Notes under the pieces: generated by a model
Seen by the model: the letters and a program-made list of their open reading frames with translations, nothing else
Told to the model about the DNA's origin: nothing
The model's database searches: none
Made by a program: the position numbers and the translations under genes
In this document: piece by piece, positions 14,250-24,439 of the stretch
Position numbering within the stretch: the stretch's first letter is position 1
Layout: each line of letters starts with the position of its first letter
From: Welwitschia mirabilis
Taxonomy: Eukaryota
NCBI GenBank assembly: GCA_051453625.1
Contig: JBOZIK010000001.1
Span: 45,999,428-46,053,069, forward strand
Direction: 5' to 3'
DNA length: 53,642 bases

Positions 14250-14824
14250 TTACACTGTCGGACAATATTCGTCCCATCATTTGGTCTAAATGGAATATGC
14301 TGCAAAGCTGAGCAATGAATTGCAGAAGGGAAAGCGTGCCGCGGGTCGGTCGGACGTCATTCATCCAAAGACAAAGTGTGGTCGAGAAGCGGAGGGAAGA
14401 CTTCAGGAATCCTAGAAAAGAATTTCCTTGGAAAGAAGACAACGCAGAGATGTAAGTGGACGCGATTTTAGGTAAGCAATTTGTCAATTGTCGTTCAAAC
14501 ACTGAAACTCGTGATGTGGATGAGATTTGGGGGAATTGGGAGGTGCGGTGAGTGACCCCATTCAGAGGATTTTGCGTTCATTGGAAGGTGGGACCGAATA
14601 TGAAAACATCTGAAAATGTCCTCCGTCTGCATGCTATCAGACACCTTTAGCTTTCCTTTACTGACTTGTGTTCTGGAGAATCCAGAAGCTCTGAGCTGTG
14701 ACTCATCAGTTACTTTCCCACTTTTTTTCTCTGTTTTTTCTGGTTATCAGTGTCTGATATCTTTCTTTCTCTCTTGCTAATCAGTGGATCGCTCAGATTC
14801 AGATTGATCTGCATTCATTCGAGA
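14250..14824 (+). promoter_or_regulatory. Putative SWEET promoter/5'UTR: CpG-retaining segment followed by a pyrimidine-rich tract
   Basis: Dense CpG cluster (GCGTGCCGCGGGTCGGTCGGACGTCAT ~14334-14360), TGACTCA at ~14699, CT-rich tract ~14710-14780. No clear TATA box; the TSS cannot be placed. Confidence 0.55.
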
Positions 14825-14861
14825 ATGGAAAATCTACTGCATGTCATTTTCGGCGTTCTGG
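14825..14861 (+). CDS. SWEET1: SWEET exon 1 ([13 protein letters not shown])
   Basis: ATG at 14825; donor GTCAGA at 14862; typical SWEET ..FGVLG|N junction. Confidence 0.88.
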
Positions 14862-16158
14862 GTCAGAGCATTCGTTGAGATCTCTCTGAGTTTTCATTTT
14901 GGTGTGGATTTCTTTCTGATCGGTTTCTGTGATTGCAGGAAACATTTTTGGAACAGCCCTTTTCCTCGCCCCAGCGTAACGACAACGAACTCCAACCCTT
15001 GCTTCATGCTTCGATCAATTCAACGGTTCGAGTTTGTTTAGAATTGAGTTTTGATGTCTTTCTTGTTTTTTCAGGATAACATTCTACTATGTGATCAGAA
15101 GAAATTCAACAGAAGAGTTCTCAGGGATGCCATATGTGGCAGCCCTCTTGAACTGCCTTCTGTACGTATGGTACGGGCTGCCTTTTGTCACAGCGCATAA
15201 CATACTGGTGACCGTTTCTAATGGAATCGGAGCAGCCCTTGAATTCATTTATGTCATCCTCTACTTGATTTTTGCTCCTCAAAAGTACAGAGTAAGTGGA
15301 AACTGGAAAGCTTTTCTTATTTCTGAAAAGTTTGAAGTGGGTAGCATATTCATGCTTATAAACATTAAACAATCGGTATTGGGCCTGCTTAGACTGATTT
15401 TTTATTCTATAATTGGTGATGTGTGCAGAATAAGATACTGATATTCTTTATAATAGAAGTGTTGATATTTGGAGGAATAGCAGTGACATCAATGGTAGCT
15501 CTCCACGGAAAAGACAGATCTCTGTTGGTGGGCATAGCAGCTGCTACGCTGTCTGTCTGCATGTATGCCTCTCCTCTTTCTATAATGGTATGTGTTTTTT
15601 CGGTTCTCATTTCTTTTCTTCTTTTAGTTTTATCGTAAACCCTCTTAAACCAGCATAAAAACTTATATGAAGAATTGCAGAAGTGAGCTATTCTGTTTTC
15701 TGAAGCGTCTGCTTCGGTGTTATTGCAGAGGATGGTGATCAAGACGAAAAGTGTTGAGTATATGCCCTTCTTCCTCTCCCTGTTTGTGTTCCTGTGCAGT
15801 GTCAGCTGGTTCATTTATGGAGTTCTGGGCAAAGATTTGTTTGTGGGGGTGAGTTGGAGTTCTAAACTATTCATTTATTGATACCATCTTTTTTGCTTCT
15901 TAATTCTTAAAGAAAGAAAAGGGCAGGACAATTTCACATGGGTTGAATGAAATGGATTTCACTATAATCAAGGATCCTGTGATGGTTTTTCAGATCCCAA
16001 ATGGAATCGGAAGTGTTCTGGGCGCTGCGCAGCTGCTTCTTTATGCGATTTACAGGAAGCCAAGGCCAGAGGCAGCAAAGACAGCTGCTGTAGCGAAAGA
16101 AATAGAACAGCAAAATGATGTTGTACATTCCAAATCAAATGTAATGTCTAATGTCTAG
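14825..16158 (+). CDS. SWEET1: Bidirectional sugar transporter SWEET, clade I (SWEET1-like), 6 exons, 244 aa
   Basis: Hand-spliced join(14825-14861,14939-14975,15075-15291,15429-15587,15729-15848,15994-16158) is 735 nt with one open frame and all GT-AG introns (77, 99, 137, 141, 145 bp). Translation [63 protein letters not shown]...[71 protein letters not shown]... shows two MtN3/saliva repeats and the canonical SWEET exon pattern. It is colinear with Arabidopsis SWEET1 as recalled. Family is certain; exact orthology is less so. Confidence 0.95.
14939..14975 (+). CDS. SWEET1: SWEET exon 2 ([13 protein letters not shown])
   Basis: Acceptor TTGCAG ends at 14938; 37-nt exon typical of SWEETs; donor GTAAC at 14976. 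Confidence 0.92.
15075..15291 (+). CDS. SWEET1: SWEET exon 3 ([20 protein letters not shown]...APQKYR)
   Basis: Acceptor TTTTCAG ends at 15074; donor GTAAGT at 15292; overlaps ORF 15091..15441. Confidence 0.95.
15429..15587 (+). CDS. SWEET1: SWEET exon 4 (NKILIFF...MYASPLSIM)
   Basis: Acceptor TGCAG ends at 15428; donor GTATGT at 15588; overlaps ORF 15423..15638. Confidence 0.95.
15729..15848 (+). CDS. SWEET1: SWEET exon 5 ([17 protein letters not shown]...DLFVG)
   Basis: Acceptor TTGCAG ends at 15728; canonical 120-nt exon with TKSVEYMPF motif; donor GTGAGT at 15849. Confidence 0.95.
15994..16158 (+). CDS. SWEET1: SWEET exon 6 ([20 protein letters not shown]...SNV*)
   Basis: Acceptor TTTTCAG ends at 15993; PNG motif; TAG at 16156-16158. 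Confidence 0.95.
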   Translation: MPNGIGSVLGAAQLLLYAIYRKPRPEAAKTAAVAKEIEQQNDVVHSKSNVMSNV

Positions 16159-16307
16159 ATTTGTTTGCCATCACATCACTGTGATATGTCAGATGGGCAA
16201 GAAAGGTCTACACGCCTCTCCTGCTATTTGTTTGCTATTTGGTAGGCAGAATCTTAATCCAAAGACTGCATTTCTCAATTCTGGGGGACTGTGCGTCTGA
16301 GGACAGT

Positions 16308-16313
16308 AATAAA
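16308..16313 (+). terminator. Candidate polyadenylation signal AATAAA of the SWEET gene
   Basis: AATAAA 150 nt after the stop codon, followed by T-rich sequence. Confidence 0.4.
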
Positions 16314-16523
16314 AACTCAGATTCAGTTTCAGTTTTCTGTATAACAGTATTTTCTTTAACTAAAATTAATACATGAATACTTTTTCTCAAAATTAAACAA
16401 ATACATTTTTTAAATTAATACTTCGTCAAACCTTTTGGAACAGCCTTCTTATATTTTGTTTCTTCTTAAGATATTATAATAATTATCAGTGCTCTGTATC
16501 TAGATATAAGTACTATTCTAACA

Positions 16524-16588
16524 TGATATCCAAACACTTTGATATAACTATAGGACCTGATATCCAAACACTTCAATATAACTATGGG
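16524..16588. repeat. 34-bp tandem duplication
   Basis: TGATATCCAAACACTTTGATATAACTATAGG at 16524 and TGATATCCAAACACTTCAATATAACTATGGG at 16558. Confidence 0.9.
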
Positions 16589-16589
16589 G

Positions 16590-17900
16590 GAGGTGTTGAA
16601 CTCCATAATAAAATGATAATTTTTATGCTGTTAAACGTCCCAAAAATGGAGCTTAAGAGTTTATGCCAAGTCCACTAGACCAATCCTATGAATTCATTTA
16701 TATAACTAAACTCAAGCTTGTATTTTGCAACTTGAATTCTAGTATCTTGCTGAAATAAGTTTGTTGACTATTAATAAATCAAAAGCACTTCTACACTAGA
16801 GGTAATTCCCAAACATTCCAAGAAAGAATACGCATTATGGAGAGGGAGATGAGGCCCTTGCCCTTGTGTCTTCCTCATCACCAACAATAAAAATAGCTTA
16901 TCTATGACTCGAGTGTTCCAAGGTTTCTTCCATGCTAGAAAAATTCAAACTATCTAGTAGATTGTTTGAATCTATCATCGGGACCTTTTTTTTTTTAGGT
17001 TAATTATACTTATAACAATTGACTGGAAGCCATCTTCATCCATAACTTGAAGTTGTTTTTCATTAACATCATTTGTGAAAACCTTGTGTATAACATTATC
17101 TATGTTGTCAACTTGTTTATTCTTAGAAGATGGTTTAGATATCTTATTATTACCATCTTGGTTTTTAGAGGATTGCTTTGCTTTGAAGAAAACCTAGAAA
17201 ATCATTGACAGATTTTTCTCTTTTAGATATTTTCTTTTCCTCTAATTTCCTTTTCTTAGCAACAAATAAATATTCATTGAAAAATTAACCTTTGTGTTTG
17301 GGAAAAATTACATGAATTAGGCATACTAATGTAGATAATTTTTTGGTACTAATCTTTATCACTTGTTTGCAATAAAAGTTTATATTTTCTATTATTAAGG
17401 TCCACATTGACTAAACATTGTATGCCCTTAATACCATAAGTAAAAACAACATTTTTTTTAACACTAAATACAATTAATTTTATTGACACTCTCATGTTCA
17501 AATTATTAAAAAAAATTAACTGCAAATTCAGAAGCTCCAAAAAACAAGGCACTTTCCAATATTCTAAGTAAAGAGAATCAAAATCCGGAGACCATTTTTT
17601 CACTACTAACATAGAATGACGATGATGAAAGAACTGAAATGAAGAGCCATTTGGATAATTGGTGGATTGTTAAATCCATCAAGAACAAACAATGAAGAAT
17701 AATAACCTACATATATGGCTTTAATGCTTATGTAATCCCACACTATTAACATAATTCAAAAAGCTACTTGAACTTAGTAAATATACAAGGATTTGAATGA
17801 AAATATATCAATAATTAATTTCAAATGCAAACAGTTTAAATAAATCACTTGAACAAATAAAATTAGGTATAGACTTAGAACTTGAGTCTTTACCTTCTAC
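16590..17900 (-). mobile_element. L1-type LINE fragment: ORF1 relic plus start of the ORF2 endonuclease
   Basis: ORF 17349..17612 'MLVVKKWSPDF...KVPCFLEL' resembles plant L1 ORF1 (DUF4283 end). ATG at 16835 (minus) gives MRILSWNVWEL (cf. APE start MKILSWNVRGL), then 'FQQDTR' (cf. LQETK). Confidence 0.75.
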
Positions 17901-17949
17901 TTGAATGTCTTTGGTGTCATCGTGAGTTAATAATGTAAATTTGCATTTG

Positions 17950-18400
17950 TTTAGGAAATCATCTTATTTCTTTCATTCTAATGAACCAACAAGAAAATAA
18001 CATGTATTTTGATATAGCTATAGAAACCTTTTCAACTTTTTATAGTAATAGTTAAAAAGAAACTTTTTAAATCATTACAATTTGTATTTATCTGAGAGAT
18101 GTAAACTTGAAATAGCCACCATAATCATCTAAAAGAATGATTTAATTATACCAAATTAATTATACCAGAGGGCTCTTAAAGTGCCATGTAGCACATCAAA
18201 AGCTTTGAATTCATAGCTTCATAAATGAGGGATAAGTGTCTCACTAATTCAGTACCAAACCTTTGGCTAAATTTGCATATATTGTGACCGATACGTTACT
18301 AATAAGAAGAGTCTTAATTTTTCTAAAATAAGAGCTACATTTGACTAAGTGTTTATGACAACTAGTTTGATGGTGTTTTACTCAAATATTTTTTAATGCT
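17950..18400 (-). mobile_element. Short L1 3'-region fragment
   Basis: Reverse complement of 18290-18350 matches 12285-12345 and 13468-13510. Extent is approximate. Confidence 0.4.
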
Positions 18401-18899
18401 AACTAGAATATTTCTATTAAGAGCAATACTTTAAAAGGGAGTGAATAGGATTGCTCGCTTGAAGATAAATAAAAATTAATTTAATCTATTTAGAATCATA
18501 AACCATTTACCAAATTTTGTTAATTTCTATATAATTTTTAATACGTAAAATATGTCATAGTTATTAAAAATCTAATAAAATAGGATCTTAAGCCTTTGCA
18601 TTGTAGATTTTTAAATATTGATGCCTTTTTAGTAGATCAAGTTCTTAGTCTTTATAGAAGTATCATCTTCGAGATTTGATATTCTTGATATTGTAGAGGC
18701 CTAAAAGGATGTTAAACCTTAACAATCACTTATTTTGATATAATAAGAGTGCAAGAATAAATTAATCATTAAGAGGCTTACTACAGAACTAATAAAGACA
18801 GCCATTTTCCCAATTGGCATGATTCAAATAGTATTCCTAAGATTAGCTCTTAAGGAGAATTTCTTGGATTTTTTTGAGTTGAAAACCGACTTCTTTAGA

Positions 18900-21800
18900 A
18901 ATTGTAATTTATTTACTACAGAACTACTTTACTATCTACATAGAATACAAAACTGGGAAAGTAAATAATAGGAAAACATCTTCTAGTAGTGCTAGATAGT
19001 ACCTATTTCTAAGCATTGCAATACTTTGATACCTTTCAGCTAAAGATATAGGAGTAGAAATATAAAAATCTTACTTTTTCAAGTGAAATAGGAGTTTATT
19101 ACAATAGCATTAGAAATAACTTTTCAGCTTTCAATTCAACTAATGCCATAATTTAAGAGAGTACTAACAAAAGTGATTTCTTTTTTAGGTAACCCTTAGA
19201 ACTGCAAGGAATGCTGCTCTCCTTTTTAGGATGTGCTTGAAGTGTTTACCCTCTTGATCTTTAGCTTATGACCCTCTTCTTTACTATTGCTAGTCCTCTC
19301 CCTTCTGCTAAAGATCCCCAACTAGCTCCCTTCTTGCTCTTTTATCCTTAGCTTGTAACCCTTCTTGGTTTGTTTCTTTTCTTGCTTTTTGAATGTAGCA
19401 TTGTGAGGATAGTGGTTCCTATTTTCTAGCTTTCGATTGCTTCTCCTTACACTTCCCTACCAAGTGTCACCTTGTCCCTGTCAAAGTACATTAACATGTG
19501 TAGAGACATGTATGTATATGGAAACATTTCTCTTTATATTATTAACCATGTTACTAACTAAAACACTATTCAAAATATATAATAACATACATTAATTAAT
19601 TTAAACAAGTTAATGAAATTACAAAATAAATATACAAATTTTTAACTCATTAGTCTCCTCCATGCTTAAGTTTTTGTTAGCCCCTTCACAACTTTTAGAA
19701 TAAAATTATTTCTTTATTTTTGTTTTAGAAGATTATTCCTTGAGTAATTCTTGTCTGGTTAGCTATGAGGCTAATTTTGTAGATTTCCTATCTTACTTAG
19801 TTTCTTCCATTAATTTGTTTTGGATCTTCTAAATTCAACGCTCCAAATTCGTCAGGAACTAGGGCTTCTTGAGTTTTTATAGCTTTTCATTTGCCTCTCC
19901 CTTTTAAAGTGACCTTTCCCTATGGAATTTCTCTTTTTCTTTTTAAAATGGGAGGGGGGGATTCCTTTGGTTGAGTACTTTGAGGCTTAGCAGAAGATGA
20001 CAAAGTAAAAGGGATTAGTGCAGTACAACCCATTATCCCTTCTCTAAAGTTTGTCTAATGTAGACCTTTGTAGTATCTCCAAATTTAAATTTAGTAAAAA
20101 TTTCAGCAAATGTGCCTCTTATCATATTCATATTTGAGATTATTCTCTCCCAAAGTAGGTGAGGTTGCTATATATTTTGTGAAGGAACCCCAAACAAATT
20201 AAAGTGCAAGTTAAATTTTTCTATAATTTTGCTAAAATGGGTGGCCATTATATTCATCAAATTTATTGTTTGCTGAATAGATAGGTTTCTTCTCTTCTCA
20301 TCAACACTGCTTTTTGTTTTTTGCAATTGTTCTATGCAAGAATGAAAAATTCTATTGATCTTTGACTAACCCTAGAAGATTTTTATATTATGTTCTGTAC
20401 TTATTCCTGAAAACTATTTGTAAAATCATATAATTTATTTGAATAATAATCCACATTCCTTAGAATTCTTATTTCATTAGACAAAAAACTTAATCTCTTG
20501 TTCAATCTAACTTCCATCATTCTAATATAATTTAATAATTTTAGATTCTCCCTTTCTAAGTTTTGAATGATGTTCTAAGTTAATTCTAGGAATATCACTC
20601 TAATATTATTTTTTAAATTTGATAAGGATTGTTTAATATGATTCTTCAATGTTTGCTCTAATCTTTCTTCCATTGGGCTATAATTTCTCCAATCTAATTT
20701 AGCTAGGATCTTTCAAAATGACTACTTTCAATTGGATTCCTAAATATTCTTACTATGTTTTTTATTTCTTCTTTTACTTTTGATAGGATAGACCCCAAAG
20801 CTACACTATGAATTTGTTACATGGGCCCATTTAACCTATCAGTGTGGTTAATTTTCACTCGTAGCTAGCTATTCTCTTCTTGCACTTGTTGAATTAATCC
20901 TTTTTTAGCTTCAATGATACTTTGATAAGTATCATTCAAAGCTAAAGCCTCTGCCCTTTTGTGCTTGTAACCCTATGCATCAACTTGAATTTTCATATAT
21001 TTTTCATTAATACCCAATAAATTCATAAACATTTTCTTAAAATATTCTTTATTTAAGGGCATTAGCCCTTCATTATGTATGAATGTAATAAAATTTTGCT
21101 ATTGTTTTATATAGTCTACATCAAAAATTTTTAAAGTGACTAAGCTCTATAACAAGGATATAATTAATTATGATTTCTCTCTTAGCCCACTTTCTGAAGC
21201 ATTCTTTTCTTCCAAAATTAATTCTAATTTAGCTATTCTTTTATGTCCTCCTTATAGTTATTATATAGTGTATTTATTTGTATTGAAAGAAGAAGTAGTT
21301 ATTGTTCTCTATTTCATTTCTTGCTGCATTTCTACAATCTTTCCCTTTTCTTACTCTAACTATGTTTTCAAAAATACATTTGTGATATGCAAGCATGAAT
21401 GTTGAGTTTTGAGTACTGCAAACTCCTTCCTCTTATATAGAGAAATCTATATTTTCTCTCTAAGTGAATATAATGCTTTACATAAACTATCTAATTTATC
21501 CTCTTCCAAAGTCTTACTGAAGGATTCAGGCTAGGATAGATTTTGCAATAATCATTTTATAGAAAGTTTAGTTGCAAGTAGCTTTTTTATTCTAGCTAGT
21601 GTTGACTTTATGCTAGTAGAAATTCTTGACCTCACTTGATCTCAATGGCTTTTTAGAACATTGAACTCCCTAATCCCAAATAAAGATTAACACATGGTTT
21701 TTATATGAGGTTTATTTACTCTTGGATTAATTTCCCAGTAATTCAATCTCCTAGTAATGATTACAGGGAATCCTAATTCTATGATCCCATCACTTTCCAC

Positions 21801-22340
21801 TTTCATCATTTTTGAAATATTCATTATCATTCCTTGAAAAATTCCTTTAGTAATATTTACATTTTTCTGTCTAGTGGAATCCTTTGTAGCCTCATATATA
21901 TAATCCTGGTAAGGTCGATTCCTTCTGCTTATTTAATATAGGCATAAGATTGCTTGTCATCATTCTAAATATAATAAATAATTTAGGCTCTAAATTTTTA
22001 TTAATGGGTATCTTCTCATCAACTACAATATGTCCAACAAATGCAAACTGAGCTTTGAATCTTCCTCTTTTTTCATATATCCTATGGAACTTCCTCTACT
22101 TTTCAAATGCAGGATCCTTTGAAGATCTTCTTGAGAAAAGAGCCATGCGTATTAGCCATAAAAGTTTTGAGCACTTGCTGGTCTTATTTATATTACATGT
22201 ACTCATAAAATATAAATATTATTTCAAAATTATATCCTTTCTTGCATGGTTAACTAATCAATTAATCCTAATTCAATCACCCTAGTTTTGAAGTCTATCA
22301 GCTAGAGATCTACCAAGATCCCTCCAAAGTTCATAAAAGA
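18900..22340 (-). mobile_element. Athila-like 3' half: LTR remnant ending 19652, PPT ~19653-19670, degenerate env-like ORF ~22330-19750
   Basis: ACTCATTA|GTCTCCTCCATGCTTAAG resembles the Athila LTR/PPT junction. Minus translation 'IFRMMTSNLMP...IIYEA...NVNITKGIFQGI...LGFPVIITRRL' (~21730-21980) resembles the Athila env-like (putative plant transposon protein) domain, followed by coiled-coil-like sequence. Left boundary is unknown. Confidence 0.55.
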
Positions 22341-22342
22341 TA

Positions 22343-23185
22343 TGATTTTGCATTCTAATAAATAGAGTTTTCTTTTTAAAATAATGATAACACAAAGAAA
22401 TTCTTCATTAAAATAATTAGTTTGAGTAATACATATATATATATATATATTCATGATTTTGAACAAGGTTAAGTAGTTCTCACACTGGTTACTAAGGCTA
22501 TCAATCAGCCTTAAGTCAATCTTTTCTTTTACGTTTTATTTAAATTCATGTATTAATAACAAATTGATTTATGAATATTATCTAGTGAGTAGAGATTTTG
22601 GTTTAGTGAAGTTAATTAACCATCTAGATAATAGCCAAGATTATTTGTTAGTTTTTCTATTTAATTTTAGCCTAATTAAAATTAATAAGGTAAGAGTTTA
22701 ACTTGATTTTAACTATAAGCCATTAGTAGGTTAACTAGTTATTTGACTAATAACTAAAATTATTAATTGTATTTTCATTATCTTAGTTTTAACTTACCTA
22801 ATTGACAACTGTAACTCATAATTGGTTTGTAAGTTAACTTAATTATAGTTACAACATTTTAGTAGGTTAACTAGCTTTTCAACTAATAGCTTAAACTATT
22901 AATTAGGCTTTAAGTTAGCTTACTTGAGGCTTTTAAGTATAAACTCTTCATTTCTTCAACCATTAAACTTTACATAATTTTAAAAAAATAGTTTTAATTC
23001 CTAAAATACAAATAATAAAACTCAAGACTCATTTTCTAAGGAGGGGAATGCAGTCTTTAGAAGAAATTCTTATTTTAACATTTCAAGTGTGTAAAATGAT
23101 AAGCATTTTGCAAAAATTTTGAGAATACATACAAAACATAATAAATAAAGTATTCATTCTACCCCTTATCAAAAAAAAAATGACA
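22343..23185 (+). mobile_element. Probable Sirevirus-like solo LTR, heavily decayed
   Basis: 5' motif TTTT..AATAATGATAAC, repeated AGTAGGTTAACTAG units (~22725, ~22861), TATAAA ~22938, and 3' TATTCATTCTACCCCT (cf. TATTCACCCCCCCTCT). No TSD found. Confidence 0.45.
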
Positions 23186-24439
23186 TGCTTGTAAATGCAT
23201 AGAGAAATTTGAAAGTTATATCTTTAGGAGTAATAATTGCTTAAGAAGCCATGGAACATAATTGAATTTGCACAAAGTCGATTACAAGGGAAAAATAAAA
23301 ATAGGGTAAAGTAGCATGCAAAGTGATTGAAAACTTACTAGTTTATTTAATTTATAACCTAAAGTGGTATGTTTAAAATTAATTCAAGTTTAAGTTGGAT
23401 GATTTTGGTAGATTTCTTTTGATGTATAATAAGAATCTAATAAGAAATGCTAACATATACTATTAAAAATGATGACATGGGAAATATGCATGATAACTTG
23501 AAGGTGTGTATTGGAGATTTCAGAGGTGGGTGGTCAAAAATAAGGGTTAAGCTAGGTGGAGGTGCAAAACATGATCATATAAAATCTTCAATTCCATCTC
23601 ATTATTATTGTATTTAAGGTAAACATCAAGAACTTTCATGTTATTGATGAGGATCATCGAATATCTTGATTTGAGTTGGCATAGAGTGAATAGAAGATTT
23701 AGGCAGGTGAAGGATGAGGATTTTTGGATTAAGATAAAGGGTAATTGAGGATCATTAAAATCATAGGGGATGGATGAATAAGGTCTACCAAATAAATAGT
23801 CTACTAAGAAAAAAAATTTACACAATAAAAACCTTATCAGATTAACATGGTTCCCTAACCTAGATATGTTTACACATAGAGGGTAGATTTCTCTTACACT
23901 TTGGATATTCTTAACTTATAGAGAAATGGTTTTGGAGTATTACCAACCTTACATGCAACTAAGATGCTGCTTGTAAGGGAGTACTATCTCCTCCTTATGA
24001 ATTTGTAATAAATTAAAACAAAAATGTGCTCACAATTACTTACATGATCACACCCATATAAAAATTGGCTTATAATTTAGAAACCCTAGTAGGGAATCCT
24101 AAAATTAAAAGTAAGAGATGGACTAAAATGAGTGTACTCAAAAATTTAATAATTTTTATAATGTTAATACCAATAAATAATTATAACAAAAGAGATAACA
24201 AGCCTGAAAAGATATCAGTTTGATGAAATACTTAAGTTCTTCCTTGTTCTTGTCACCCACAAATGTCTTATATTAGAGTAATGTGGCCATTGTAAGAGTC
24301 AATAATCAAGCAATGTATTCCTCAGATAGTCCTTTTGATTAATATCATTGAAAGCTTTATGTATAGTACCAATCACCCATGTGAGTAACTTCTTTTTCTT
24401 CTCTTTTGTGCCCTTTATACCTTTTCTTACATTTTTCCC

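Noticed and set aside
14239..16128. ORFs 14239..14502, 14841..15041, 15121..15372, 15407..15814 and 15934..16128 as extra genes
   Set aside because: They are antisense or off-frame shadows of the GC-richer gene island, where stop codons are rarer, and have no recognisable motifs.
9170..17900. One LINE split by an inversion that carries the SWEET gene
   Set aside because: The geometry fits, but the upstream piece seems to have its own endonuclease N-terminal remnants (~9290-9410, 'ASIRNSIGCYLLVS*'), which overlap the downstream piece. Two elements is simpler. Not fully excluded.
18425..18460. AAAAGGGAGTGAATAGG as the missing left end of the SIRE 3' LTR
   Set aside because: The motif fits, but there is no second LTR or TSD to link it across 6 kb of other elements.
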